DNA of 63,989 nucleotides, filler included, from an uncultured bacterium (GTDB lineage Bacteria; Hinthialibacterota; Hinthialibacteria; Hinthialibacterales; Hinthialibacteraceae), in the NCBI GenBank assembly GCA_964449065.1. It is 8 parts of 8 records of this genome, joined end to end, with 100 filler letters (N's around TTAATTAATTAA, not from the genome) between each part and the next. Parts side by side here need not be neighbours in the genome. Positions count along the whole stretch, not along the records: positions 8,359 to 16,605 come from CAYVAZ010000225.1; positions 16,706 to 24,931 come from CAYVAZ010000226.1; 6 more parts are not named here. One strand, written 5' to 3'. The notes under the pieces are model-generated. The model was given only the letters and a program-made list of their open reading frames with translations. It searched no databases and had not been told where the DNA came from. How positions within the stretch are numbered: position 1 is the first letter of the stretch; the number at the start of each line of letters is the position of its first letter. Positions 10,910-20,706 of this stretch are shown one piece after another. Both the position numbers and the translations under genes were made by a program.

Positions 10910-11245
10910 ATGGAATCGTTGCTGGAACCTGTATGGACAAATTTGATGGAAAAGATAAACGAAGTTTTTTCAAAAGGCTTCACGGTTTGGACCCTTGTAG
11001 GATTTTTGGGCGCGGTGATGTTTTTCTCACGGTTTTTTGTGCAGTGGATTGCATCCGAGCGCCGTAAAGAAAGTGTGATTCCGATTTCGTTTTGGTATTT
11101 GAGTATCGTGGGCAGTTTGTTGCTGTTGGCGTATTCGCTGCACAAGGCGGATATCGTGTTTATCTCGATGTATATCGCCAATTGTTTGATTTATTTTCGC
11201 AATCTGCAGTTCATTTATAAGAAGAGGCCGATGGAAAATGCCTAA
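10910..11245 (+). CDS. lipid-A-disaccharide synthase N-terminal (LAB_N) domain membrane protein
   Basis: GFLGAVMFFSRFFVQWIASER..KESVIPISFWYLSIVGSLLLLAY...YFRNL. Confidence 0.88.
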   Translation: MESLLEPVWTNLMEKINEVFSKGFTVWTLVGFLGAVMFFSRFFVQWIASERRKESVIPISFWYLSIVGSLLLLAYSLHKADIVFISMYIANCLIYFRNLQFIYKKRPMENA

Positions 11246-11251
11246 TCGCGA

Positions 11252-12910
11252 TTACGGCTGAGAAGGGGTTTCAACCGATTGAACTTCATAAATTTTGAAA
11301 GTTTCTAAACCGGTATCTTGAAAGAAGCGGTAGGGAATATTGTTGCCGCCCCAATTGTTTATGATCGCGTAGAATGATGCCCCCTGAAAATTCATGACGG
11401 CAATGGGAATGGAGGGTGGATATGTGACTTGGTCAATATAAGCCGTTCTTCCAGAGAAGGATTCATTGGGAACGATTTGCGGCTGAACCAAAAGATCTCC
11501 CGGCTGCGGAGGCCACTCTCCTTTTTGGATGTACCGGTATCCTGCACGATTCATGTAATACTGCCAGCCCCAATGTCCGTTGAACCAAACGGGCTGATCT
11601 TCATTCTTCCATCTCTCTATATCTTCCCGCGCGAATTTTCTGTACACATCGGCCATTTCATAATCCGCGTACTGCACGCCTAATGTAATGAACAGTTGGA
11701 ACAAAAGCAATCCATGGGCAAGCGGCTTCCATGTGGAAGACGAACCGTGTTGCAGGATACGGAATGAGATCAAAGTGAGTGGAGGAATCGCCAGTATCAA
11801 GTGCCTCACGGCCTGAAACGGGACGAAAATAATACTGAACAGAAACGGCGCCATGAACCATGCAAATAAGAACAACTCATCCGAAGCCGCTTTTGCAAAC
11901 GATTGGTCTACGAAAGATTTGGCGGCTTTGGCAGCGTTCATGACGGCGAATGTGGTGAAAATACACCCTCCAATTGTCCAAAATATCACCTGAGAATCCG
12001 CTTCGCCGGAGAAATAATTTTGGACGCCGGCAACACTGAAACCTGCGGCACATACAACAATGACCGCTTCCAGCCACTGCCGGTTCGTGAGTTGTTTCCA
12101 GAGCAAAAGAGGGAAAAGATACAAGGAGGCGGAAAGTATGATCAAAGCTCCCCACCATTTATCCTGCCAGCCGATGCCTTCTTCCACGCTGCGCTCCATG
12201 AGCAAATATACCATGTGGATCGAGCCATGAACGATTAAATTTTGGATACACCATCCAATCAACAACGCCAACATCGGCCATGCGTAAAGGCAAAACCGCC
12301 ATTTCTTTTGGAACAATGGGTACAACAGCAATACTGGAAGCGTGACGGCACAGGAGTATTTTGTGAGCAAGGAGAGGCCGCACAGCGCGGCACCCCATCC
12401 CGCCGCCGCGGGTTTCGAATCATCCGTGCCTTTGATAAAGAAAGCGATGCCTGCGGTGGCAAGCGCCGCGGCGGGGACATCGCGCATGAGATTGCCGGAG
12501 ACCACGACCGCCGTGCTGCTCATGACAAACGACGCCATCAGATACGGATGACGGCAAAAGCGGTTCCCAAGCATGACGGAAGCACTAGCGAACATTGCAT
12601 AAAACAATATGACAGCTGCGTGCATTGCAATTTCAGACTGATTGGAAATCCAGGCAAATGGTGCCAAGTAATAACTCATCAAGGGTGGATTGGTTGTCGC
12701 CTCAAAAATCGGGTCTTCTTGCCCAAACCAGTTGAAGGTTCCGGCAAAAGGATCAAAGGGATTCCGCGTGACGTTTTCTGCTATGCGCAGGACAAAGGGA
12801 TCGTCAATGTGAACCGGTTTATCTAGGAACGGCAGCGTTGTGACGGCTACCAGCAACGAAAGCGTAACAAGAGAGTTATTCCAGCGTATCTTCATGATCA
12901 AGCATTTCAT
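11252..12910 (-). CDS. ArnT/PMT-like (GT39/GT83) membrane glycosyltransferase
   Basis: Polytopic; HIDDP, NPPL, LLTKYS, RHLILAIPP; overlaps the GT2 gene; start uncertain. Confidence 0.75.
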   Translation of the reverse strand: MKCLIMKIRWNNSLVTLSLLVAVTTLPFLDKPVHIDDPFVLRIAENVTRNPFDPFAGTFNWFGQEDPIFEATTNPPLMSYYLAPFAWISNQSEIAMHAAVILFYAMFASASVMLGNRFCRHPYLMASFVMSSTAVVVSGNLMRDVPAAALATAGIAFFIKGTDDSKPAAAGWGAALCGLSLLTKYSCAVTLPVLLLYPLFQKKWRFCLYAWPMLALLIGWCIQNLIVHGSIHMVYLLMERSVEEGIGWQDKWWGALIILSASLYLFPLLLWKQLTNRQWLEAVIVVCAAGFSVAGVQNYFSGEADSQVIFWTIGGCIFTTFAVMNAAKAAKSFVDQSFAKAASDELFLFAWFMAPFLFSIIFVPFQAVRHLILAIPPLTLISFRILQHGSSSTWKPLAHGLLLFQLFITLGVQYADYEMADVYRKFAREDIERWKNEDQPVWFNGHWGWQYYMNRAGYRYIQKGEWPPQPGDLLVQPQIVPNESFSGRTAYIDQVTYPPSIPIAVMNFQGASFYAIINNWGGNNIPYRFFQDTGLETFKIYEVQSVETPSQP

Positions 12911-13847
12911 TTATGTAATAAGACGGCTCATAGCGGCTAAAGAAATAGACGATATATTCCGTCAGTATACCCACTAAGATGAGATGCCCCCCGATCAAGC
13001 CGGTCCCGATACATAGAAAAAAGAAAATAAGACTGCTTAACAAAGACGAATACCAAACGGAACTCATCCCCAGCATGAAAAAGACAAAGGTAAACACCAA
13101 ACTAATAAGACCAATGGTATTAAAAAAATGAGAGGGACGTTCGCGGAAAATGGTTAAGAACCATACGGTACAAAAGTCAAAAAAACCGCGGGGAATACGG
13201 CCCCATCCGTACTTGCTCCGCCCGGTGGTGCGTGGATGGTGCTTGACCGGAATCTCCGCGATCCGAAAGCCGTACCAATTCGCGATGACGGGGATAAAAC
13301 GGTGCATTTTGCCGTAAAGATGCAGTTGCTCTATCACTTCACGGCGGTAACACTTGAGGCCGCAGTTGATGTCGTGAAGAGGAATGTGAGACGATTGGGA
13401 TACTAAGAAATTGAAAATTTTCGATGTCAGTACCTTAAACCTGCTGTCATAACGCTTTTTCTTCCAGCCCGAAACCAGATCGTAGCCTTCATCCAATTTC
13501 ATCAGCATATTGGGGATTTCGTGGGGGTCATCCTGCAAATCCGCATCCATGGTAACAATAACCTCTCCCTTCGCGTGATGAAAGCCGGCAGAAAGGGCGG
13601 CGGATTTCCCCTGATTTTTGTGAAAGTGGATGACACGAACGCGTGTATCTTGCTCGTGCAGTTTGCGCATTTCATCGTAGGTGCCGTCGCGGCTTCCGTC
13701 GTCAATGAAAATGATTTCGAAGGGAACATTAATGGGTTCTACCGCGTCAATGATTTGTTGGTACAATGACGAAATCACCGGTTCTTCATCCAAAGCCGGC
13801 GAGATAATCGTAAGCAACGGTACTTCTTGGCAAGAAATCGCTTTCAC
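12876..13847 (-). CDS. GT2 polyprenyl-phosphate glycosyltransferase (ArnC/DPM-like)
   Basis: IDDGSRD, MDADLQDDP, VSGWKKKR, two C-terminal TM helices. Confidence 0.9.
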   Translation of the reverse strand: MKAISCQEVPLLTIISPALDEEPVISSLYQQIIDAVEPINVPFEIIFIDDGSRDGTYDEMRKLHEQDTRVRVIHFHKNQGKSAALSAGFHHAKGEVIVTMDADLQDDPHEIPNMLMKLDEGYDLVSGWKKKRYDSRFKVLTSKIFNFLVSQSSHIPLHDINCGLKCYRREVIEQLHLYGKMHRFIPVIANWYGFRIAEIPVKHHPRTTGRSKYGWGRIPRGFFDFCTVWFLTIFRERPSHFFNTIGLISLVFTFVFFMLGMSSVWYSSLLSSLIFFFLCIGTGLIGGHLILVGILTEYIVYFFSRYEPSYYINEMLDHEDTLE

Positions 13848-13946
13848 TCCATCAACAACAGAATGTTATGACAAGAGTAATGCGAACCGGGGAATTTTTC
13901 AACAACCCCACCACCAAAAACACTGAAATATTTACAGCAACGAATG

Positions 13947-14438
13947 CTACTTACGAATATATTTTCCGCGGCCTTTGCTTTGAATGATGCCTTTTTTGGC
14001 TTGTTTGTTCAGTTCCATATACAACAACCGTTTGGGATTGCTGGAGGTGGTTTGGTAGCCATTTTCTTGAATCGCTTCCATGATTTCCGGCACACCTTTT
14101 GGCTTTTTATTCAAGACATCCAATATATATTCCGCTAAAGATTTCTCATTTTTCGCGCGTTTTCTGGACGATTTTTTTGCGGTGCTTTTTGTCCCGGACC
14201 CTTTGGGTCTGCCGGGGGATTTTTTGGCGGAACGTCCGGGCGGACGGCCTAGCGGGCGGCCAACGTGGGATGGAATTATTGTGGTTCCCCCAACCATTTC
14301 ACTTATGGCGCTGAGCTTTTGCTGTACCGCCGCCAATTGGTTTTCCCTCTCTTGTTTGGCACTCTCTTTTGCCAAATCCAATAGTTCATCATGACTATAA
14401 AACTCTAGAATAGAAGTTCGACTGGGTTTTGCTGCCAT
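13947..14438 (-). CDS. basic DNA-binding protein (coiled coil, GRP repeats, winged helix)
   Basis: Helical N-terminus, GRPLGRPPGR/PGRPKG Lys-rich linker, C-terminal SLAEYILDVL...GRGKYI. Confidence 0.65.
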   Translation of the reverse strand: MAAKPSRTSILEFYSHDELLDLAKESAKQERENQLAAVQQKLSAISEMVGGTTIIPSHVGRPLGRPPGRSAKKSPGRPKGSGTKSTAKKSSRKRAKNEKSLAEYILDVLNKKPKGVPEIMEAIQENGYQTTSSNPKRLLYMELNKQAKKGIIQSKGRGKYIRK

Positions 14439-14610
14439 CATTAGTATCCTTACTGATGTGATTTTTTTTACCAGTATAGATTGTAAAATCACTTTGTCTA
14501 CAGCCTGACAACTAAAATTTTACAGAGTGTAATTGAAACTAAGAAGGCCCCCCTTTTATTACGGGTAACACCAGGCAGCAAAAGAAAGTGAGTTATTCCA
14601 TTTTTATTTT

Positions 14611-14668
14611 GTAGAGGTAACCCCTGGTTACCCCACAGCAGGGCAGCCACGGGGGGGCAGTCTCTACA
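14611..14668. repeat. paired GTAG-type REP-like palindromes
   Basis: GTAGAGGTAACCCCTGGTTACCCC...GGGCAGCCACGGGGGGGCAGTCTCTACA; related copy at 49593-49654 with shared flanks. Confidence 0.7.
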
Positions 14669-14776
14669 AGAGTAAAGCAATGAATCAATAACATTTTTAC
14701 GGCAACTTTGTATGATAGAAACAAATAAGTTTAAACCACTAAGTTAACAACAGTGGGTTAAGAGAGGGGCATCGGC

Positions 14777-14920
14777 CAGCGCAATTGACTTAATTAAATT
14801 CCGGGCGATTTGTGTAATAAAATAAGTGATTGCGTTCTTCACACCGCCCTCTGTGTCTCCCCCAAACTTGGGGAGAAGAGATGGCGTTTTCAAGCTGGAT
14901 TGCTTCAATCCATGACATTG
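14777..14920. mobile_element. MITE family B with 10-bp target-site duplication
   Basis: Ends resemble CAATGTCATTGAYTTAA; GGGCATCGGC flanks both sides (14767-14776 and 14921-14930); related pieces at 31023-31156, 35865-35925, 36340-36487, 42770-42853. Confidence 0.75.
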
Positions 14921-15157
14921 GGGCATCGGCTGCCAGCCGGCAAATAGATATGCATCGAAACCTCTACGCAAACTTGAATCGTTCCTACTTCCTAAACGCG
15001 TGAACGCACAAGCAAACAGATTGTCTTCAAGCAACCGGAGAGCCCTTCGAAGTTGTTTACCACCCAAAGTGAAAAATGAAGATGGAGTTGATACATCAAG
15101 CGCGGCACCCGTTCTCTATCCCCATGGTATTGGCTTGAGCCGTTTACTTCAACAAAC

Positions 15158-16123
15158 TTAAATGTTTTCAAAAGGAGAGAAGATGACGCTGATGGATTCG
15201 CCATTGTGGATGCGGCGGATGGCTTTGGCAAAAATTTCGGCCACCGAAAGGACTTTGATTTTATCAATCTTTTTTGGGCCTTCTACCGGGATGGTGTTGG
15301 TAACCACCACTTCGCTGAGTTTTGACTGTTGAATACGCTGCACGGCCTCTCCGCATAAGATGGGATGGACGACTCCCGCGCGGATATCGGTTACGCCTTC
15401 TCCAATTAAAATATCGACCGACCGCAATAACGAACCGCCGGTGCTGATTTCATCGTCAAAAATAATGGCGCGCTTGTCTTTCACATCGCCAATAATGTGT
15501 TTGGCCACGGCATTGTCGTCGTTTCCGTGGCGGCGTTTATCAATGATTGCAAGGGGCAGATTTAACAACCGCGCGTATTTATCGGCGCGTTTGGCGCTGC
15601 CGGCATCCGGTGCGACCACAACGGAATTTTCCACATTGGTTTTTTGGAAATAATCCACCAGAACCGGAGTCGCCAGTAAATGGTCGGTGGGGATACGGAA
15701 AAAACCTTGGATTTGGAAGGAGTGCAAATTCATGGTTAAGACACGGTCGGCCCCGGCGGCTTCGATGAGATCCGCCATCAAGCGTGCCGCGATGGAAATG
15801 CGGGGTTGATCCTTTTTGTCGGAGCGCACATACGGAAAGTAAGGAAGCACAGCCGTGACACGGGCGGCGGATGCGTGTTTAAGCGCGTCAACCATGATTA
15901 ATAATTCCATGATGTTGGTATTGACCGGGCTGGTGGAGGTTTGAATGACAAAGACATCGCATTCACGCACATTTTCACCGATCCGCACGAAATTATTTTC
16001 GTTTTGAAATTGGATCAAATCGACGCTTCCCAGTTCAATATCTAAATTATCACAAATTTCTTTTGCCAGTGCCGGGTTGGAACTTCCGGAAAAAACTTTC
16101 ATCATTCGACCAGGACGTTGCAC
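15158..16123 (-). CDS. prs: ribose-phosphate pyrophosphokinase
   Basis: KVFSGSSNPALA, PYFPYVRSDKK, VVAPDAG, DDEISTGGS. Confidence 0.96.
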   Translation of the reverse strand: MQRPGRMMKVFSGSSNPALAKEICDNLDIELGSVDLIQFQNENNFVRIGENVRECDVFVIQTSTSPVNTNIMELLIMVDALKHASAARVTAVLPYFPYVRSDKKDQPRISIAARLMADLIEAAGADRVLTMNLHSFQIQGFFRIPTDHLLATPVLVDYFQKTNVENSVVVAPDAGSAKRADKYARLLNLPLAIIDKRRHGNDDNAVAKHIIGDVKDKRAIIFDDEISTGGSLLRSVDILIGEGVTDIRAGVVHPILCGEAVQRIQQSKLSEVVVTNTIPVEGPKKIDKIKVLSVAEIFAKAIRRIHNGESISVIFSPFENI

Positions 16124-16158
16124 AATGTTCTCCCTACTTCATTAATTTATATATAGAT

Positions 16159-16273
16159 TAGCGCGTTTCAGAGTTGAATAGACAGTATCTGTCGTTGTTT
16201 TCCCCCTTATTAAGGGGGGTAGGGGGGGATCAAAGACGATCTCTTTCTATCTACGCAAACCTGAATTGCTCTA
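16159..16273 (+). repeat. MITE-like element family A
   Basis: Close copy of 10758-10871. Confidence 0.8.
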
Positions 16274-16284
16274 ATACACGTGAT

Positions 16285-16605
16285 TTATTGACTAAGTTTT
16301 TCATACGCCGCTCTTGCGACGATGAGTTCTTCGTTTGTTGGGATTACCCAAATGGATACAGGGCTGCTTTCTTTAGAGAGTTTCATTTCGTCTCCATTGC
16401 AGGCTTCGTTTTTCTCTTCATCCAATTCGATGCCGAGATGCTCAAGATGCGAACACACCGCGGACCGCAGGCGTTTTCCCCGCTCTCCAATACCGCCGGC
16501 AAAGGCCAACACATCCATTTTACCCAATATCGCATAATAGGAACCGATAAATTTTTTGATACTGTAAGCAAAGGCGTCAAATGCCAAGCGGGCATCGTCG
16601 TTGCC
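16285..16605 (-). CDS. ackA: acetate kinase, C-terminal part (truncated by contig end)
   Basis: KFIGSY, FAGGIGE, VIPTNEELIVAR. Confidence 0.92.
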   Translation of the reverse strand, partial: GNDDARLAFDAFAYSIKKFIGSYYAILGKMDVLAFAGGIGERGKRLRSAVCSHLEHLGIELDEEKNEACNGDEMKLSKESSPVSIWVIPTNEELIVARAAYEKLSQ

Positions 16606-16885
16606 NNNNNNNNNNNNNNNNNNNNNNNNNNNNNNNNNNNNNNNNNNNNTTAATTAATTAANNNNNNNNNNNNNNNNNNNNNNNNNNNNNNNNNNNNNNN
16701 NNNNNGGCATTACCCACAGGGATATGATTGCGAAAGAATTTTTAATGATAATTTAAAAGATCCTTTGGCGGAGTAAAAATAATATGAAACGTCCATGATA
16801 AAATAATTATGATTTTAACACACACGAGCATGATTATTTTATCATGGTAAGTTCCATCTGACCACTAAAAATTAAAAATAAACAG

Positions 16886-17095
16886 ATGAAAAACATAAAA
16901 CTGGTTTGTTTCGAAAAATTACCTTCAAGAATTCAATATTGCAAGGAGGGATATGTTGATTTTATCATTGACCAGAATGCGGAGCAACTTGGGTTTCAGT
17001 CCCTGCAAAACATGAATGAATGGATTTATTACGACAATAAAAAAACAACAGAAATACGAACACCACTTCAAATCTATGTTAAAGAAAACTTATAA
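16886..17095 (+). pseudogene. C-terminal fragment of a periplasmic-binding/LacI-type sugar-binding domain
   Basis: KEGYVDFIIDQNAEQLGFQSL...KENL; upstream frame broken by stops. Confidence 0.45.
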
Positions 17096-17098
17096 ACA

Positions 17099-18274
17099 AT
17101 GACAGGAAAAGAACGATTTTTAAGTGTATTCAGCGGCAACATGCCCGACCGGGTTCCGGTAACATTATTCATTGTGGAACAGGGTCATTTCATTACCCAG
17201 ATTTACCCGGATGTGGATCCTTTCAACTACAAAACCATGCAGCTAAAAATCATCGAATTTCAGAAAGAAATGGGGTGCGATGTTTTTGTCAGGCTGGTAT
17301 TCGGTGCCAATGATCCCATTTCAATCCATTACGGCGGATTAAAAACCAATGCGCAAAATGAAAATTGGGAAGTAAAAACCACCAAACAGCAAAGTGGCGA
17401 CACCACCGTTTATCATTCAGAGATAAAAACACCGGAAGGATTGCTTTATCAGGATTTTTCAGCCTACCGGCTTCGTCCCGGCACATTCATGTATTCATGC
17501 ACGGTTCCACCAATAAAAACCCGCAAAGACCTTGACCTCGCCATCAAATACGAACCCAAAATGGATTCTGCATTTCCTGAACAAGTAACCGCATGGATAA
17601 AAGACATTAAAAACGCTGTTGGAGAGGATGGAATTGTGGGAACATGGTCTCCGCACGGGCCTTTTAACAATGCTTCCATGCTCATTAACCAAAATGATTT
17701 ATACAGCTTGTACCTCTTTGACCCTGAATTCTATGATAAACTGATGATTTTTGCCATGGACAGAGTAATTCCTTATGCAAAAGCAATTGACCAGGCAGGC
17801 CCTGATGTTCATTGCGTGGGAGGAAATGCTCCCGGTGGTTTTCTTGGTGCCGATGTGTATGAAAATTACATCCTCCCTTATGAGAAAAAATACATCAACA
17901 TCTTGCAGCAAAACGGCATACCCGCCATGTACCATAATTGCGGAGAAATCATGTCACTAATCAACTCATACAAAAAACTGGGAGCACGCATAATTGAACC
18001 TTTCTCTCCTCATCCTTTGGGCGATGCAGAACTGTCCAAAGCAAAAAAACAGGTTGGAAACGACTATGTTATCCTCGGTGGAGTGGATCAGGTAAACGTA
18101 ATCCAGAAAGGAAATATTGAACAAATAAAGAAAATAACACGAGAAACAATGGAAAATGGAAAACCCGGCGGGAATTTCATCATACAATCTGCCGACTTCC
18201 TGGAATACGGAACACCTGTTGAAAATGTGCGGGCTTTCGTTGATACAGCCATTGAAAATGCCTGGTACAAATGA
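17099..18274 (+). CDS. uroporphyrinogen decarboxylase-family (MtaA/CmuA-like) protein
   Basis: MTGKERFL...PDRVPV, YHNCG, LGGVD, GGNFII, GTPVENV. Confidence 0.85.
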   Translation: MTGKERFLSVFSGNMPDRVPVTLFIVEQGHFITQIYPDVDPFNYKTMQLKIIEFQKEMGCDVFVRLVFGANDPISIHYGGLKTNAQNENWEVKTTKQQSGDTTVYHSEIKTPEGLLYQDFSAYRLRPGTFMYSCTVPPIKTRKDLDLAIKYEPKMDSAFPEQVTAWIKDIKNAVGEDGIVGTWSPHGPFNNASMLINQNDLYSLYLFDPEFYDKLMIFAMDRVIPYAKAIDQAGPDVHCVGGNAPGGFLGADVYENYILPYEKKYINILQQNGIPAMYHNCGEIMSLINSYKKLGARIIEPFSPHPLGDAELSKAKKQVGNDYVILGGVDQVNVIQKGNIEQIKKITRETMENGKPGGNFIIQSADFLEYGTPVENVRAFVDTAIENAWYK

Positions 18275-18342
18275 TAAACCAAACGAATCGAAACGCAAAA
18301 AAACAACCGCTTTCAGCACTAGAAAAATAAAAAAATGTAATT

Positions 18343-18768
18343 ATGGAAAAAAAAATACCCGGATATTTACTGGAAACAGGCGAATCGTTTGAGCAAAAAT
18401 ATCAGCCTGTCCTCGATTTTGAAGGTTGGAGAATTGCCATGTTGCGACACTCAGCTGAACATGATAAAAACCATCTGGAAAAAGTGGAAAGACACAACGA
18501 AACGAACGAGGTCTTTATCCTTACAGAAGGAGAGGCAGATATGATTATTTGCGAAAATGGCAATACGCCAGATGAGACCTATATTTTCCCAATGAGAAAA
18601 AATGTGGCATACAACATTCAAAAGGCAGTATGGCACAATGTGGCAATGTCTCCCAATGCGCATATTATTTTGGTAGAAAAGACAGATACCACAGTAGAAA
18701 ATTCAGATTATTTCTTTTTTTCAAATGAGGAATCAGGGCTGATAAAAGAAAAATGCAGGGATTTTTAA
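18343..18768 (+). CDS. cupin-fold protein (ureidoglycolate lyase-like)
   Basis: ERHNETNEVFIL and YNIQKAVWH cupin motifs. Confidence 0.65.
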   Translation: MEKKIPGYLLETGESFEQKYQPVLDFEGWRIAMLRHSAEHDKNHLEKVERHNETNEVFILTEGEADMIICENGNTPDETYIFPMRKNVAYNIQKAVWHNVAMSPNAHIILVEKTDTTVENSDYFFFSNEESGLIKEKCRDF

Positions 18769-19060
18769 TGATAACCTGCTCGATCCTCTGGCGGAATAAA
18801 TCAGGAGATGCCTTATGGGCAATGCCTGCAACTGGCACATGCCGCTGCCTGGCACAACCTGAAATGCGAGAACAGTACAGATGGGGCGGTAAGTACAGAT
18901 ATACTGAAACAATTTATTAAAAATCATAAAAAATGCAACCTCATGAATGGTTTTTGAAACGTAGTGAATAGTATTTAATGGATATAAAACATATTTTTAC
19001 CGACACACACCTACCTATGTTTTTAATATCAACTGGTTTACATTTATAAAATAAAATCGT

Positions 19061-20704
19061 ATGAAATCACATTTGACAACAAAAATCAGTTTATTTTCCT
19101 TAGTAGGGCTTGGTTTAGCTGCCTGCAACAACACCAGTAAGTCATCCAATGACTTAAAGTCATCGGATGACTATGCCGGTAAACGCCCAAATATCATCAT
19201 CATCCTGGCCGATGATATGGGCTATTCGGATATTGGCTGCTATGGCAGCGAAATCCCCACTCCCAACATCGACAAACTGGCCGAAAACGGTTTACGCTTC
19301 TCCCAGTTTTACAATACCGCCCGCTGCTGCCCTACCCGCGCCAGCCTGATGACCGGTCTGCACCCACACCAGACTGGCATAGGGCACATGACAAAACCAC
19401 CCGAAAAACCCAACGAATACGACGAGTGGGGCACCGAAGGTTACATGGGATACCTGAACCGCAACTGTGTTACCATGGCCGAAGCTTTGAAACAGGGAGG
19501 ATACAGCACCTACATGACCGGCAAATGGCACCTCGGATTTCACGATAAGAGTCGCTTGCCACTGCAACGAGGCTTCGATAAATTCTACGGTATTTTTTCC
19601 GGAGCCAGCAGTTACTTTGAACCATCGGGATTACGGGGCTTAAGATATGGCAACGATACCCTGCCTGCCCCATCGCAACCCTATTACACCACCGATGCCT
19701 TTACCGATAGTGCCATAGCTTTTGTAAACCAAAACCCTGAAAACCAGCCGTTCTTTCTGTACCTGGCATACAATGCCCCACATTGGCCCCTACATGCTAA
19801 AGAAGAAGACATTGCAAAGTTCCGCGGCATTTACAAAGAGCTGGGCTGGGACAAAATGCGCGAAAACCGGCTGAAAAAACAGATAGAATTGGGAATTTTT
19901 CCTCAGGGCACTAAGCTCTCGGAACGCGACACCATTGTAAGGCCCTGGGACGAAGTGGACAAAAAACAAAAAGACGAATCGGATTACCGCATGGCCACTT
20001 ATGCTGCACAGATATACTCCATGGATTACAACATTGGAAAACTGGTAAAAGCACTCGAAGCATCAGGACAACTCGATAACACCATCATCGTGTTCCTATC
20101 CGACAATGGCGCTTGTGCCGAACCCTACAACGAGTTTGGGGGTCAGGACATCTCGCAGATTAACGAGTTCAGGGTGTGGTGGAATGTTTCTATCGGTACC
20201 GGATGGGCCAATGCCTGCAACACACCGCTTTACAAATACAAATCAATGACACACGAGGGGGGGATAAGAACGCCTCTTGTAGTGCACTGGCCGGCCATGA
20301 TAAAAGAACAGGCAGGAAAAATAAGCGATGCAAAAGCATACCTGATTGACTTAATGCCAACTTTTTTAGACGCTGCCAAAACAGATTACCCCACCACTTT
20401 TCATAATGGGAACAACATACACGCTAATGAAGGGATCAGCCTGCTTCCCGTTTTCAAAACCGGAACTGGTGAAGCGCATGAATACATGTACTGGGAACAT
20501 CAGAACAATTGCGCCATACGTTGGGGTAACTGGAAAGCAGTGAAAAAAATCGATGATGAAAAATGGGAACTATACAACATCGCCAGCGACCCCATCGAAG
20601 CCAATAACCTTGCCAATACACATCCCGAAATTGAGAAACAGCTAAACGATAAGTGGTATGAGTGGGCAGAAAGCCATTATGTTTTACCGAAAAAAATACA
20701 GTAA
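19061..20704 (+). CDS. arylsulfatase (Cys-type), lipoprotein
   Basis: LAAC lipobox; RPNIIIILADDMG; CCPTRASLMTG; GKWHLG. Confidence 0.93.
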   Translation: MKSHLTTKISLFSLVGLGLAACNNTSKSSNDLKSSDDYAGKRPNIIIILADDMGYSDIGCYGSEIPTPNIDKLAENGLRFSQFYNTARCCPTRASLMTGLHPHQTGIGHMTKPPEKPNEYDEWGTEGYMGYLNRNCVTMAEALKQGGYSTYMTGKWHLGFHDKSRLPLQRGFDKFYGIFSGASSYFEPSGLRGLRYGNDTLPAPSQPYYTTDAFTDSAIAFVNQNPENQPFFLYLAYNAPHWPLHAKEEDIAKFRGIYKELGWDKMRENRLKKQIELGIFPQGTKLSERDTIVRPWDEVDKKQKDESDYRMATYAAQIYSMDYNIGKLVKALEASGQLDNTIIVFLSDNGACAEPYNEFGGQDISQINEFRVWWNVSIGTGWANACNTPLYKYKSMTHEGGIRTPLVVHWPAMIKEQAGKISDAKAYLIDLMPTFLDAAKTDYPTTFHNGNNIHANEGISLLPVFKTGTGEAHEYMYWEHQNNCAIRWGNWKAVKKIDDEKWELYNIASDPIEANNLANTHPEIEKQLNDKWYEWAESHYVLPKKIQ

Positions 20705-20706
20705 TT

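Noticed and set aside
16285..18274. Functional link between ackA and the UroD-like gene
   Set aside because: They lie on different contigs, probably from different organisms
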